Source of the DNA: Octopus sinensis
Lineage: Eukaryota
Length of the DNA: 64,000 nt
Assembly: GCF_006345805.1 (NCBI RefSeq)
Contig: NC_042997.1
Span: 103,726,001 to 103,790,000 of the forward strand
Direction of reading: 5' to 3'
Position 1 is the stretch's first letter. Each line of letters begins with the position of its first letter. Both the position numbers and the translations under genes were made by a program. The notes under the pieces were generated by a model. It was not told the origin of the DNA and made no database searches. It worked only from the letters and a program-made list of their open reading frames with translations. This document shows, one piece after another, positions 43,421-57,282 of the stretch.

Positions 43421-44099
43421 AAATTGTTAACAAATTAATTGCACCAGCAATTAAACTCTCACCCTTTTGTGTTAGTAAGCTATCACCTTGCCCTTAGTCA
43501 ACAAACTGCTTGACTCTCCACTCATTTTTTTTTGTTTGTTTTTTTTTTTCGAGAATAAAAATTAAGAACAACAGCAACATTAGTAACAACGACAATAACA
43601 ATATATAAAAAAAAACATAGTAAAAAATATCAACAACAACAAAAAACGAAAAATAAAAACAAAAAAAAAACATTAACAGCAATAACAAATGCAACTCGAC
43701 ATTGAGTAACGGTAAAGCGCACATCTATTCGACTTTAAACGTCTGTCCGGAAACGGCTGAATGTCGCACACTTGCCCCTTTCACAGACTTAAATTTTCTC
43801 TTTCTTTATGTTTTTATTGTCTTCATATCCTGATGCACACTCTCGGTTGACATTATTTTGATGGGGCTTGAAGCTACTTCCGCTTAATATGCGCATTGCT
43901 ACTTTTCTATTTATTTACTTTTTCAGTGATCCATCTCTCAAATCGTTATTCTATTTCGTAAAACAGATCTACTGCATCCCTTTTCTCGCTTACCACCCTC
44001 ATTTTCGATTCATAATTTATTCCAATTTAAGCATTGCGTGCTCTTTTACTCTTCGCTTAATGTGCGTGTGTAGTTGTGCATTTACTTTTTACGTTTTTA

Positions 44100-45003
44100 T
44101 ATGTGTGTGCAACGCATAGTATCTGTATGTATATGTATGTATATATATGTATGTATATGTATGTATATGTATATGTATATGTATATGTGTATGTATATGT
44201 ATATGTATAGTATCTGTATGTATATGTATGTATATATGTATGTATGCATGCATGTTTTATGTATGCCTGTATATATATGCGTATGTATGTATGTATATAT
44301 ATATATGCATATATATATATGTATGTGTGTGTGTATATATATATATGTATATGTGTGTGTATACATATATATATGTGTGTGTATACATATATATATGTGT
44401 GTGTCTGTGTGTATATATATGTATATGATTATATATATATGTGTGTATATATATATATATATAAAATTATATACATATATGTGTATATGCATAAATGTTA
44501 TGTTATACGTATATATACATATATATATATGTATATATGTAATGTATGTATATATGTGGTGTATATATGTATATATATAAATGTATATACATATATGTAG
44601 TATGTATGTATGTTGTATGTTATATGTATATAATACATATATATATAGTTTGTGTTGTATATATGTAGTATGTAATGTATGATGTATGTATGTTGTATAG
44701 TATGTATGTATGTGTGTATGTGTTGTATGTATATATTTGTATGTAGTATTATATATGTATGTATGTATGTAATGTTTGTATGTATGTACATATGGAAATG
44801 TGTATGTATATGGGTATGTATATATTAATTTATGTATGTATTAGGTATGTGTATGTAAAGTATATAAATATGTACAACATACATGACACACATATACATG
44901 TCACATGTAAGACATGTTTACACTACACACACACACACAATAAACGCATACAACACACATACACCGCACATTTTTCCACATGACAATATACAACACGCAC
45001 ACA

Positions 45004-45036
<33 letters not shown>

Positions 45037-45334
45037 CACGCACACACACACACATACACACACGCACACACACACACACACAATACACGCACACATATGC
45101 ATGCCTAGAGACAGCCTTTTAACATACATATATGTGTGGTATACATTTTTGCGCGTGTTTTTGTACATATATATATAGATATATATGCACACACATATAC
45201 GTACATTTATACATACACGCACACATATATGCATGTATGTATGTATGTATGTATGTATGTATGTATGTATGTATGTCTGTATGTATATATGCATGTATGT
45301 ATGTATGTATGTAAATATGTATGTATGTATGTAA

Positions 45335-45413
<79 letters not shown>

Positions 45414-45900
45414 TGTATGTATGAATGACTGAATATATGTATGTATATATGTATATCGCTTGCTGTTTTCATCTGACAGTTTTAAGGGGTGTTTTATTTT
45501 TATTGAAACTTTCCTACCCATCATAAAACGACGTTAATTTCACATTCAGTTTGAAGAGGATGTCAATAAAAAGATATATGAAACAAAACGATAAGCGGGC
45601 GAGTGCGGTAGGGTGTAGAAAAATAAAATTAAAACATATACATTTCATTGGCAGGCAATGGAAAGACTTAGGATTATAATGTGCGTGTGTTTACATTCAC
45701 ACACTTATACAATTCCCAAGTTTATCTGAATATTCATAATTTCGGGAAAGGAAACCTGTATAGTATGACCCCTATTTTCACGTCAGTTATGACAGTTTCA
45801 TAATTCAGCATTTTTATATGTATTTTATATGTTTTGTTTTATTTTATTTTCACAGACAGTAAATGACCCATCACATACATTTTAAATAATAATAATAATC

Positions 45901-45955
<55 letters not shown>

Positions 45956-46010
45956 TAATGATGATGATAATAATAATAATAATAATAATGATAATAATAA
46001 TAATATGTAT
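44100..46010. repeat. Long compound (TA/TG/TATG/CA)n block (44100-45450) and (AAT)n (45890-46005)
   Basis: Directly visible. Confidence 0.97.
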
Positions 46011-46609
46011 GTATGTCAAAATTAAACACAAGGCACACAAAAAAAGTAAACTGAGTACAAATAAAATGCGACATTTTATTTGACCGTTTATTGAAACCTT
46101 TTCGTTTCATAATCGGTTTGGAAGGGTTGGTTTACATTGTTAATGTTTAACAGACCTAAAATATGCAGTAGGGAAATTAAATAAATAAAACAAGTAAATA
46201 ACTAGCTAACTAACTAAATAAATAAACATGTTCGACCGTATATTTATTTGAACGTTCATCGAAATCTTTGCATGTGATAATTGTTTCAGAGAGTCAGATG
46301 AGAATTGTATTTGTTTAACAGACTCGAACGAAAACGCGGTGAAAATGCAAAGCGCTTAAAAGGATCAGTGATGTTGAGAGCGGAATTTGATTCGAGTACA
46401 TCGTAATAAAAGACATTAAGTTTACATTTCGAATATATAAATGAATGAATAAATAAATATTGTTTTATTTTCTTTCTCTAATAAGCCCCGGCCAGGAAGA
46501 AATTACTTTCAGTTTGCCAGTGAAACTTAGAGTTGATTACAACAGTTAAAATGTTAGTTCGTTAAAACAGTTCTGATTTTTATTGAATTAAAGATATTAC
46601 AGAGAGAGC

Positions 46610-46654
<45 letters not shown>

Positions 46655-47212
46655 TTGAAGAAAAAATACAAAACTGCTTCATTCGAAGATATCAGGATTA
46701 AATTCGAGATTATTTACATGTATACATTCGTTCTGAAATACTTCCATTTCTTTCAATCATAGAAATGGTCATGCTGTGGCACTGCTGTCAAGGATCATAT
46801 TTTATACGTGTAGATATTATGGTGCGGCTAAAATTATCATTTTGAAAAGATATCGATTATTTGTACGAAAACACATGAAAACACGTACACACACATACAC
46901 ATTCGTATGCTAATCTATACACATGAGCTTTCGCACAGTTTCCGTCTACCTAATGCTCAAGACGGGAGTAACGAAATTAGACCCAAAACTATGTTATTGC
47001 CAGGCGACTTAACCTCATAATCATGCCTGCTTATACAGCATACATACATACATACATACATACATACATACATACATACATACATACATACATACATACA
47101 TACGTACATCATACATATATATATATATAATATATATATATATAATATATATTATATTATATATATATATGTGTGTGTGTGTTGTGTGTGTGTGTGTGTG
47201 TGTGTGTCTGTA

Positions 47213-47700
47213 GAGGTGCAATAGCCTAGTGGTATGGTAGCGGACTCGCGGGCGTAGGATCACGGTTCCGATTTCCAGACCGGGCATTGTGAGTGTTTAT
47301 TGAGCGAAAACACCTAAAGCCCCACGATGTTCCAGCAGGAGGGGTGGTGAACCTTGCTGTACTCTTTCACCACAACTTTCTCCCACTCTTTCTTCCTGTT
47401 TCTAAGGGTTAGCCTTGTCACACTCTGTGTAACGTTGAATCTCCCCGATAACTACGTTAAAGGTACACGTGTCTGTGGAGTGCTCAGCCACTTGCACGTT
47501 AATAGATGAGCTGCGACGTCACTGATGCCAAGCTGTATCGGCCTTTGCCTTTCCCTTGGATAACATCGGTGGCGTGGAGAGGGGAGACTGGTATGCGTGG
47601 GCGACTGCTGGTCTTCCATAAACAACCTTGCCCAGAATTGTGCCTCAGAGGGCAATTTCTAGGTGCAATCCCATGGTCATTCATGACCAAAGGGAGTCAC
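47213..47700 (+). mobile_element. Chimeric SINE: family C head and body plus family D tail
   Basis: 47213-47400 matches the 9612/58331 copies; 47505-47700 matches 4555-4750. Confidence 0.82.
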
Positions 47701-47702
47701 AC

Positions 47703-47771
<69 letters not shown>

Positions 47772-47864
47772 GGATAAAACAGTTTTAAGATTTTAGCAAA
47801 TAGCCAGCATGTAAAAAATCCATTTGGTAACAATTAATACAAAATATATAATTATGAATGTCCT

Positions 47865-48890
47865 TGAGAACTTTGAGATTGACTTATGCAACCTTGTAAA
47901 GAAGGCAAGGTTTCGGCATTATTCTAACCCCTTCCTTATATCCTTAAATTAATATATGACCAGCATTAAACAGTCTCCCAATCTACACATCCTCACAGAC
48001 AAAACAAAATATATTTATAAAACAAAAAAATTTTCACACATTCAAGACTCCTCACAAGCGTTATCACCAAATCATACAAAACAATCCGTAATCCCAAATA
48101 CAATGACATGAACACAGACGCAAAGGAGCTAGCTACCGTCTTAGGATAGAGAATTGCGTGGACCGCCCCCCCCCCACCCATATTACACTTAAGGACCGTA
48201 AGATTAATTTCTATTCTAACCCGAAATGCAGACTGATCAACCCATCTAAAAGCGAGATAGGTATCACTAGCAAGCGTATTCTCGGTACTTTCAACTCTGA
48301 CATCAGAAGGGATACAGGGTTGACTCAATGGAACTTCAGCGCAGCTGTATTAGACTTGTTCTGCTGTATCAAGAGTAAACCAGCCTGCAAATTCACCCAG
48401 TTCGACATTGTTAACTTCTACTCTTCCATATATAAGTCCCTCATCCTGAAGGCCCTAGCTTTTGCTGGACAATTTACCTGTGATCTTGATATCAGATCTT
48501 GATATCAGAAGCATCATATATGCCAGAAAGTCAATTCTGGTTCATGACGATACCTGGGTAAAGAAAGCAGACAATCCATTATTTGATGTCTCTATGGAGA
48601 GCTCTGATGGGGTTGAAATCCCCAACCTCGTTGAGTTACACATTTTGGATACCCTCAAGAGCCATACCCACCATATTCACTCGGCGCCCCTAAATGCCAG
48701 CTGTGCTTTCGCAAAAAACTGCATGTCATCTACCAACCCGCAATATCCATCAACAAGAAATGGGTATCCTATTGCTGTCACCAGAGGATCACACTTCTGG
48801 TAAATTTCAAGCCACTGGCCGCCGACAACCCGGATGTATCTCCTTAGTACCAGCCACCCCTAGCATCGCCTTCCTCAGGGTCACCGTCAC
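47865..48890 (+). pseudogene. Penelope-like retroelement fossil: RT N-terminal half and internally deleted GIY-YIG start
   Basis: DKTKYIY, HITLKDRKINF...CRLINPSKSEIG, QFDIVNFYSSI (FDIVNFYSSI at 48401), ARKSIL...WVKK...LFDVSMESSDGVE, then PLNASC..VIYQ; a 13 bp duplication (48482-48507) shifts the frame. Confidence 0.85.
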
Positions 48891-49837
48891 AAATTAACCC
48901 CCATGAACAGCACTGCAAATCACCAATCACCAACAATCCTCTATGCCTGTCTATCTGCATACTCACACCCCTTGTACATCACCCCCTTATGCATCACCTC
49001 ACGAATATTTCTGCATGCGCGCGCACATGAGCGTGAGTACGTATATGCATCTTCTCACCGTATGCATGCGCAAAGATGTGTGTGTGTGTGTGCAGACTCA
49101 TCCATATACATGTGCATCCGTGTGTGTGCATATGTACATGGAGATAAAGGTGTGCAAGCGTGTGAGTATGTGTCCGCGTGTGTGTGTATGTATGTGCTTG
49201 TATGTATGTATATGTATGCGCATGCGCGTATGCGTATGCGTTTGTGCCTTCGTGCGTGTGTAAGTGTGTGTGTGCGCACGCTCGATAAATGTGTGAGTGT
49301 AAATCATAGCACACATGGACACCTATTATAAGTACGAGTGCATACACGCATATATATGAACATATACATGTACATATATCCATATATATCCCCACATCTA
49401 CCATTCCTTCCTACTTCTTCGCAACCACACGACCAATACCTTGTCTACCACGCGGTCGATTTCCTGTTCACCATGCGGTCGATTTCCTGTTTCTGAAATA
49501 CTAACATTGGACTGCTATACCACGTGACATTTCCCGACCAATCGAGAGGCTAACGTCCAGTAGTAAATATTGACTCTCTTCAATCGAACTCTCATTCAGA
49601 CCCCAATGGCCCAAGACTAGCCACACGCTTGAAACTCAGAGTACCAAAGAGTCTCAATCAATCTTTTTTGATGTATGTATGTATATATGTATGTATATAT
49701 GCATGTATGTGTGCGTGTATATGTGTGTATATATATGCTGTGTATATATGTGTGCGCGTGTATATTTATAAATGTATATGTGTGTGTGTGTGTGTGCGTG
49801 TGTGTGTGCGTGTGTATGTGAGCGTGCATGCATATAG

Positions 49838-50095
49838 TGCAGACGCGTCGCCTAGTGGTTAGGCTGTGGAACTCACTATCGCTCGATCAAGAGTTCGATT
49901 TCAAGACAGGGCGGAGCGTTGTATTCTGGAACAGAACGCTTCATTTCACATTGCTTCAGTCCCCTTTTTGATCAATGGAGAGTGTCGGCCTGTTCACCTA
50001 GCCAGCAAGGTGGCACCTTTCGAAGGCTGAAACAATGCAAGTCGCATTGTGACGAGCGATGTGTCACTACATCTGATAATCTGGTCGGTCACGCT
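49838..50095 (+). mobile_element. Diverged tRNA-derived SINE (D-like head, different tail)
   Basis: A-box-like tcgcctagtggtt, B box GAGTTCGATTTC, gtattctggaacagaacgcttcatttcacattgcttcagt. Confidence 0.65.
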
Positions 50096-50794
50096 ATCAG
50101 GTTATATATATATATATATATAAGTAAAGTTGTAAGGTACCACACGAGTAGAAATTTCCCCAAGACACCCGAAAAAGGCTGGTGGGTATATCAGCCGAAA
50201 CGTCGTGTTAACAACAAACAAGATGAGGACAAATATCTGTCGAATGTAACTAATGTAAATAATGTAAATAATATATATAGTTTTAACTGTTGTTTGAAGT
50301 AATGTAGTAACTAGCTTCAGATTTAGAAAGTTTCGTAGAACCACTGACGGACGCTGGAAAATCATGATTTTATCTCTTTTATTCTTTTACTCTTGTTTCA
50401 GTGATTGATCTGCGGTCATACTGGGACTTCACCTTGAAGGAGCTAGCCGAAGAAATCCCCCCAAGTAGTTGTTAACAGTCTCGTATTAATTCAGCTCCGG
50501 ACTCTGAGGTCATCATAAGATATTAGTCAGTTAATTGCATCACCACACTTGTTTGAAGGCTTCCTACATTCAAAATCCTGACTGAGTTAAAGAGTAAATT
50601 GGAATAACGAAGAATTTCTTTTATAAATACCACTGTTGTTTTTGATGATGAAGATGATGATGATCGTTACGATGATGATGATGATGATGATGATGGTGAC
50701 GACGACGACGTGAAGATAATTTTTCGAGTTAACGATAAATATATGATATATGAGTGTGTATGCGTGTATGTATATTTTGATATCTTACACACAT

Positions 50795-50827
<33 letters not shown>

Positions 50828-51379
50828 CATATTATGTACGTCCATGTATAGGTATGTAGGTGCGTGATCGTGTGTGCAAACTTGTATACGTATGTGCGTG
50901 TACCTCTATGTGTGCGTGTGTGTATCTATGTATATGCGTACATGTGTATGTAAGAATACAGTAAAATTTCGTTGGAAATGTATTTTGAACTTTAAAAAAA
51001 AAAATATTGATTCGAAACAGTGAGAGAAGGGAAGGAAGAGGGATAGAGGGAAGAGGAAGGGATAGAGAGAGGGGTTAGGGGTAGAGAGACGGGGTATGGA
51101 TAGAGAGAGGGGCATAGGGACAGAGAGAGAGAGAGAGAGGGGGGGGGAGGAAGGGACGTTACTAATTAGTAAAAACAGACATTTTCTATAGCTATATTAT
51201 TCAAAAGATATTAGAAAGCTACGCTCCTTAACTACTGAAGGAGATTAAGACAAAGCAAAAAATAATTGAACAAACAAAGGAAAGAAGAAAATTAGTGATC
51301 TTGTGCATAAATTTTACTACACCTAAAGTTTTATAGAATTAGAATTTGTTGTACATCTTTCTTCATTAAACATTCTCAG

Positions 51380-51778
51380 GCGTCGGAGTGGCTGTGTGGT
51401 AAGTAGCTTGCTTACCAGCCACATGGTTTCCGGGTTCATTCCCACTGTGTGGAACTTTGGGCAAGTGTCTTCTACTATAGCCTCGAGCCGACCAAAACCT
51501 TGTGAGTGGATTTGGTAGACAGAAACTGAAAGAAGCCTGTCGTATATATGTATATATATATATACGTGTGTGTGTGTGTTTGTCCCCACCCAACATCGCT
51601 TGACAACCGATGCTGGTGTGTTTACGTCCCCGTAACTCAGCGGTTCGGCAAAAGAGACCGATAGAATAAGTACTAGGCTTCCAAAGAATAAGTCCTGGGG
51701 TCTATTTGCTCGACTAAAAGGCGGTGCTCCAGCATGGCCGCAGTCAAATGACTGAAACAGTTAAAAGAGTAAAAGAGT
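51380..51778 (+). mobile_element. SINE family B, full length
   Basis: Matches 28759-29160 and 29628-30035 along its length. Confidence 0.92.
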
Positions 51779-52172
51779 TTTGCTAAAGGTTTCGTGTACG
51801 TTTCTATGTATGCATCATGCAATCGCACACGTACACACACGCATATACATACATACATACATACATACATACATACATACATACATACATACATACATAC
51901 ATGCATACATACATGCACGCATGCACGCACTTATGTATGTATGTGTGTGTGAGTGTAAGCATGCATGTGTGTGTGTGAGTATGTATCTTCTGATAATGTG
52001 GAGAGATGGACCCATCCGAAGCGCTTACGAAACTGTCATACGGAACTGAGTCAAGAAATTATTAAATATGTGTCTATGTATTTGTATGTGAGGGTACGTC
52101 TCTCTTTTTCTCAATCTCTCTCTTTGCCTCTGTCTGCCTCTGTCGCACTGGCTCTCTCCCTCTTTCTCTCTC

Positions 52173-52212
<40 letters not shown>

Positions 52213-53074
52213 TATATACATACGTACGTGCATGCATCCATACATTCATGCATACAACCAAAGTACTGCATACAAATATGCGTGCATGAAATATAGTTTG
52301 AATTTCTTCGACTTTAAAAACAAAAAAATTATTATCATTTATTTGTTTGTTTTCTTCATTCAAATTTTTTTTTCTATTGTTTCTGATGTTTGTTCCGAGG
52401 CTGGCGATATTATTTTCTTTATTCTCTGTTGTTGACCCCTCTTAATAATCACTTATTTATTCTGCATTTTTCAGATCGGAAGCTTGTTTCCCGTGTAATA
52501 TTTTTACTTTTTCTTTTTTTTTTTTGTTTCATCCTTAATGCTTCTTAATAATTCGCTTGACAACCAACTATGGTGTAATGACCCGCGATAACGAAATACA
52601 GCAAACTAGCTTGCTAAGTCGTTTAAAGAGCCTGGCAAACTAATATGCTTCCCTTCTTCACAACACCCTTGTCAAACCTGACACCGTTCATTCCCCGCCA
52701 CTACCACTATTCAAACATCACTACCACATGGCATCAATGTTCAAATCAAATAATATCGGAAACGACGGAAAATTCACTGAACAACGTAAAGAAATAAAGC
52801 TAAAGAAAGCCGCCATTGTGGAATAATCACGGCTATTGGAATCAGTAGGAAAAAAAAATATCGGAACTCTGTAATGTTGGAAGTAATAGAATAGCTATTA
52901 TGCTCTGCTTTTCTTTTTCTCCCTTTGACCTGAGCCCCGCTTGACTGTTGTTCACTTTCTTGTGTTAACGCCTTCCGTTTTATCTTCGTGAATCTTCCGC
53001 TTCTGTTTTATTCTGTTCTTTACTCATCATTTTCTCATTTTCAGATTTTGAAGAAAATCTAAAGATTCTGTCTT

Positions 53075-53089
53075 GCATGTGTTTGTGTG

Positions 53090-53132
<43 letters not shown>

Positions 53133-53165
53133 TTGTGTTTGTGTGTGTGTGTGTGTGTATGTATG

Positions 53166-53196
<31 letters not shown>

Positions 53197-53294
53197 ATAT
53201 ATATATATATACACACATACACACATATATATGTGTGTATATATATATATGTGTATACGTATATATGTATGTATGTCTGTGTCTGCTTGTGCAT

Positions 53295-53337
<43 letters not shown>

Positions 53338-53754
53338 TATATATACACACACACACACATACACACACACATATATATATATGTATGTATGTTGTATGTA
53401 TGTATGTATGTATGTATGTATGTATGTATGTATGTATGTATGTATGAAGATAAAGTCGTTGTCGCTGATGGTGGAATGGTGGTGCTTGGGTAGCCTTGCC
53501 ATCAAGGACGGACAATATTTCAAACGACATCAATTCTTTCTTGATGGTGATCCTATTTTAGCCATATTCAATAGCTTCATTTCCTGGCAGTCGTTAATGA
53601 TTATTTTTCTCTACAATTGCCTTCACACCTAGTTTTCTTTCTTCAATTTTATTCTTGACTCCCTTTTCCACATATTGCTCCACCACACTTCCTTCTTTTT
53701 CTTTCTTCCAATTATCGTTCACTTCTACATTCTGTCTTGTTTTCATTCTTTTCC

Positions 53755-53840
<86 letters not shown>

Positions 53841-53861
53841 GTTTGTTTATCTATCTGTTTG

Positions 53862-53940
<79 letters not shown>

Positions 53941-53943
53941 GTA

Positions 53944-54004
<61 letters not shown>

Positions 54005-54170
54005 GTTTGTCTATGTGTACTTGCCTATATATCTGTCCGTCCATCCATCCATCCATCCGTCCGTCTGTTTGTCTGTCTGTCTGTCTAATTATGTATGTAT
54101 GTATGTATGTATGTATGTATGTATGTATGTATGTATGTATGTATGTATGTATCTATCTATCTATCTATCA
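53075..54170. repeat. (TA)n/(TG)n, (TATG)n and long (ATCT)n microsatellites
   Basis: Directly visible at 53075-53445 and 53755-54170. Confidence 0.97.
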
Positions 54171-54512
54171 CTATGCTATAGCGAATATGTTTATTGTCCT
54201 CGTTACTCGGGACGATTTTTGAATAACGATGCTATTGCATATTACGCACTGATGTGCAATTAGTGGATTAACATCCAGGAACACGTTTTTTTCTTCTATA
54301 CTTCCCTTAATATCTACGCCTCATACTTCCTACTTTTAATGAATAACCACTTTACTCCATCTTCATTTCACTAGTCCTAGTTATAAATCTACGTATTTAT
54401 CTTATATTTTCAATATACATAGTCACTCGAGGTTTCCCAAGCTTTTCTTTTAGTCATCTCTTATCACATAATTTTCTTTTATACTCTGTTTTACCGCGCG
54501 CACTCTCTGTTT

Positions 54513-54550
<38 letters not shown>

Positions 54551-55063
54551 GTGCGTGCGTTCGTAGTTGCGATTCTCTTCCTTTTCTCTTTTTACATATT
54601 AACTCTAGAGCCTTCATTCATTTTGTATTTCTCGTCTATTTTCACTTACTTTCGCCCTCTCCCAGTATTATTTCCTTCCCTATCTTATAATCTCCCTTTA
54701 AATAGAGACCTCATCATAAAAAAAAAATCTATCCATAGGCTGTCTTCCACCATTTTTTTAACCATGTAAAACCACTTAATTTCTAAACCTATTCATTATA
54801 TCTCTTAATGTCTTGCGACGCAAACTACGGTTCATGATACACCCATATACACGCTTAAAACATACAGGTATACGTAACGTCACACGCACATACACACACA
54901 CGAACATATAATTTATGAAATAAATTACAGTCGTGATGTGTGTAAGAGGTTTGCTTCTCTACAGGGTTCAGTCCCACTGCGTGGTACTTTGGGGGAAGTG
55001 TCTTTTACTATAGCTTCGTGCCGACGAAAGCGTTGTGAGTGAATTTGCTTGACAGAAACTGAA

Positions 55064-55614
55064 AGGCCCGAAATTTGGGGGAGGGGGCCAGTTAATTAGA
55101 TCGACCACAGTAGCAAATGGTACTTAATTTACCGACCCCGAAAGAATGTCGACCTCAGCGGAATTTGAACTCAAAACGTAAAGACAGATGAAATACCTAT
55201 TTCTTTACTACCCAATAAGGGCTAAACACAGAGGAGACAAACAAGGACAGACAGACGGATTAAGTCGATTATATCGACTCCAGTGCGTAACTGGTACTTA
55301 ATTTATCGATCCCGAAAGGATGAAAGGCAAATTTGACCTCGGCGGAATTTGAACTCAGAACGTAGCGGCAGACGAAATAACTATTTCTTTATTACTCACA
55401 AGAGGCTAAACACAGAGAGGACAAACAAGGACAGACAAACGGATTAGGTCGATTATATCGACCCCAGTGCGTAACTGGTACTTAATTTATCGACTCCGAA
55501 AGGATGAAAGGCAAAGTCAACTTCGGCGGAATTTGAACTCAGAACGTAGCGGCAGACGAATTACCGCAAAGCACTTCGCCCGTCGTGCTAACGTTTCTGC
55601 CAGCTCGCCGTCTT
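55064..55614 (-). mobile_element. SINE A trimer (head-core-long tail, core-long tail, core-short tail), abutting a family B 5' fragment (54930-55063, plus)
   Basis: Junctions gaaatacctatttctttactacc (~55190) and gaaataactatttctttattact (~55375). Confidence 0.88.
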
Positions 55615-57048
55615 ATATGGCGTAATATATGAAACTATGAAATGATACTCCTGTTGACCTAATAGGTCGATTGCGCCTTCAGATCAGCATCTGAAGAAGT
55701 GAATGGGCTTCAAGAATAGTATTACATATTTCCGTATAATATGGTATGAATTGCATAACATTGAATGATATTGTCTCTTTACAGAAACAAAGGTAATGTC
55801 AATTTGAATTCTCCGTTTTTCATTTGAATTATTATTTTTATTATTCTCTTTGCGGGTCTTATATTAAGTCTACTGGATTTTTACCTTTGAGTTGTGTACC
55901 CTGCTCATCACCTCTTCTCAAAAGTATTGCCCATCAGGAGATCTAAACCAAGCAATAACAAACCCCAGTACTTATTATTATTTTTTTTTTTTACTCCGAA
56001 TGGATATAAAGCACAAGTGTCCTTAGCAAGATTTGAACTCAGAACGAAAAGAGCAGGAAGTAAATGAATTCTGAGCTAAGTAAAAAGTCACTAACTTTGT
56101 CGGAAGTGGGTCTAACCGATAGCTCCCGGCATTTAACTGGTACTTTATTTCAGTGCTCCTGAACCATTTTTTCCACTTGCGGTACACTTATATTCTTTTT
56201 CAATAACTGGTTAAGTTGGCTTGATTATATTTCGACTTTTGATTTTAATCCTTTTGTTACTGTATTTATTTTGAGATGCTCTGTGTTTCTTTCAATTATT
56301 TTAAATATAACAAAGAATTTAGTAAAATAACTTAGTTATCATTTAGCTAGTGTTAAGAACGTAACTAGTGACTAAGGCTTGGTGGAATATTTTAATTCAA
56401 AACTTATGGAAACAAGACATTTTACCACAGAGCCAGAGCCGGTTTTGGCCGGGTTAGTAACAAAAGGGTAGGTAAAAATGCTTGAATGTCACTAAGTTTC
56501 TTTCTCGCTCTCTCTCTGTGTAATGGAAACATATAAATATTTAATCGCCACACCTCATAAATTCTTTTGTTTCTTTCGAGCGGGGTGGGGTGCTAGTTAA
56601 TTACACCTGCTCTAGCACTTGGTGATGGTACCTATTCTAACGATCTCTTAAAAAGGGATTAAAGGCAAAGTCGATCTCGGCCTTATTTGAACTCAAAACG
56701 TAAAAAGTTGGATTAAACACCGCAAAGCGTGAGTCTTCTTTATCTCGACGCACTAATGACTCTGCCAACTCACCACATTCGCAGCCGTTGTTAATGAGAT
56801 GATATTAATCTTCATATCGAACCGATTTCACCCCCAACCCCATTTCAAATTTTATTTTGTATTAGCAGCAGTCCTAAATAATTCAAAGGGATATGATAAC
56901 CCAATTTTCATATCCTTCTTCCTATTAAACAAGGGAAGCATTTTTTACTTATATAAAGAAGCTTATTCATTTAATTACCTATCAAATTTGGCGGAACACC
57001 TGAACTAAATATATAACTATAATTATAGGGAGAAAAATTATATTCAGG

Positions 57049-57282
57049 AAGGCGGCGAGCTGGCAGAAACATTAGCACGCCGGGCGAAATGCTTAGCAGT
57101 ATTTCGTCTGCCGCTACGATCTGAGTTCAAATTTCGCCGAGGTCGACTTTGCATTTCATCCTTTCGGGGGTCGATAAATTAAGTACCAGTTATGCACTGG
57201 GGTCGATATAATCGACTTAATCCCTTTGCCTGTCCTTGTTTGTCCCCTCTGTGTGTAGCCCCTTGTGGGTAGTAAAGAAATA
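57049..57282 (+). mobile_element. Young full-length SINE A with 18 bp TSD
   Basis: AGAAAAATTATATTCAGG at 57031-57048 and 57283-57300; B box GAGTTCAAATTTC. Confidence 0.95.
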
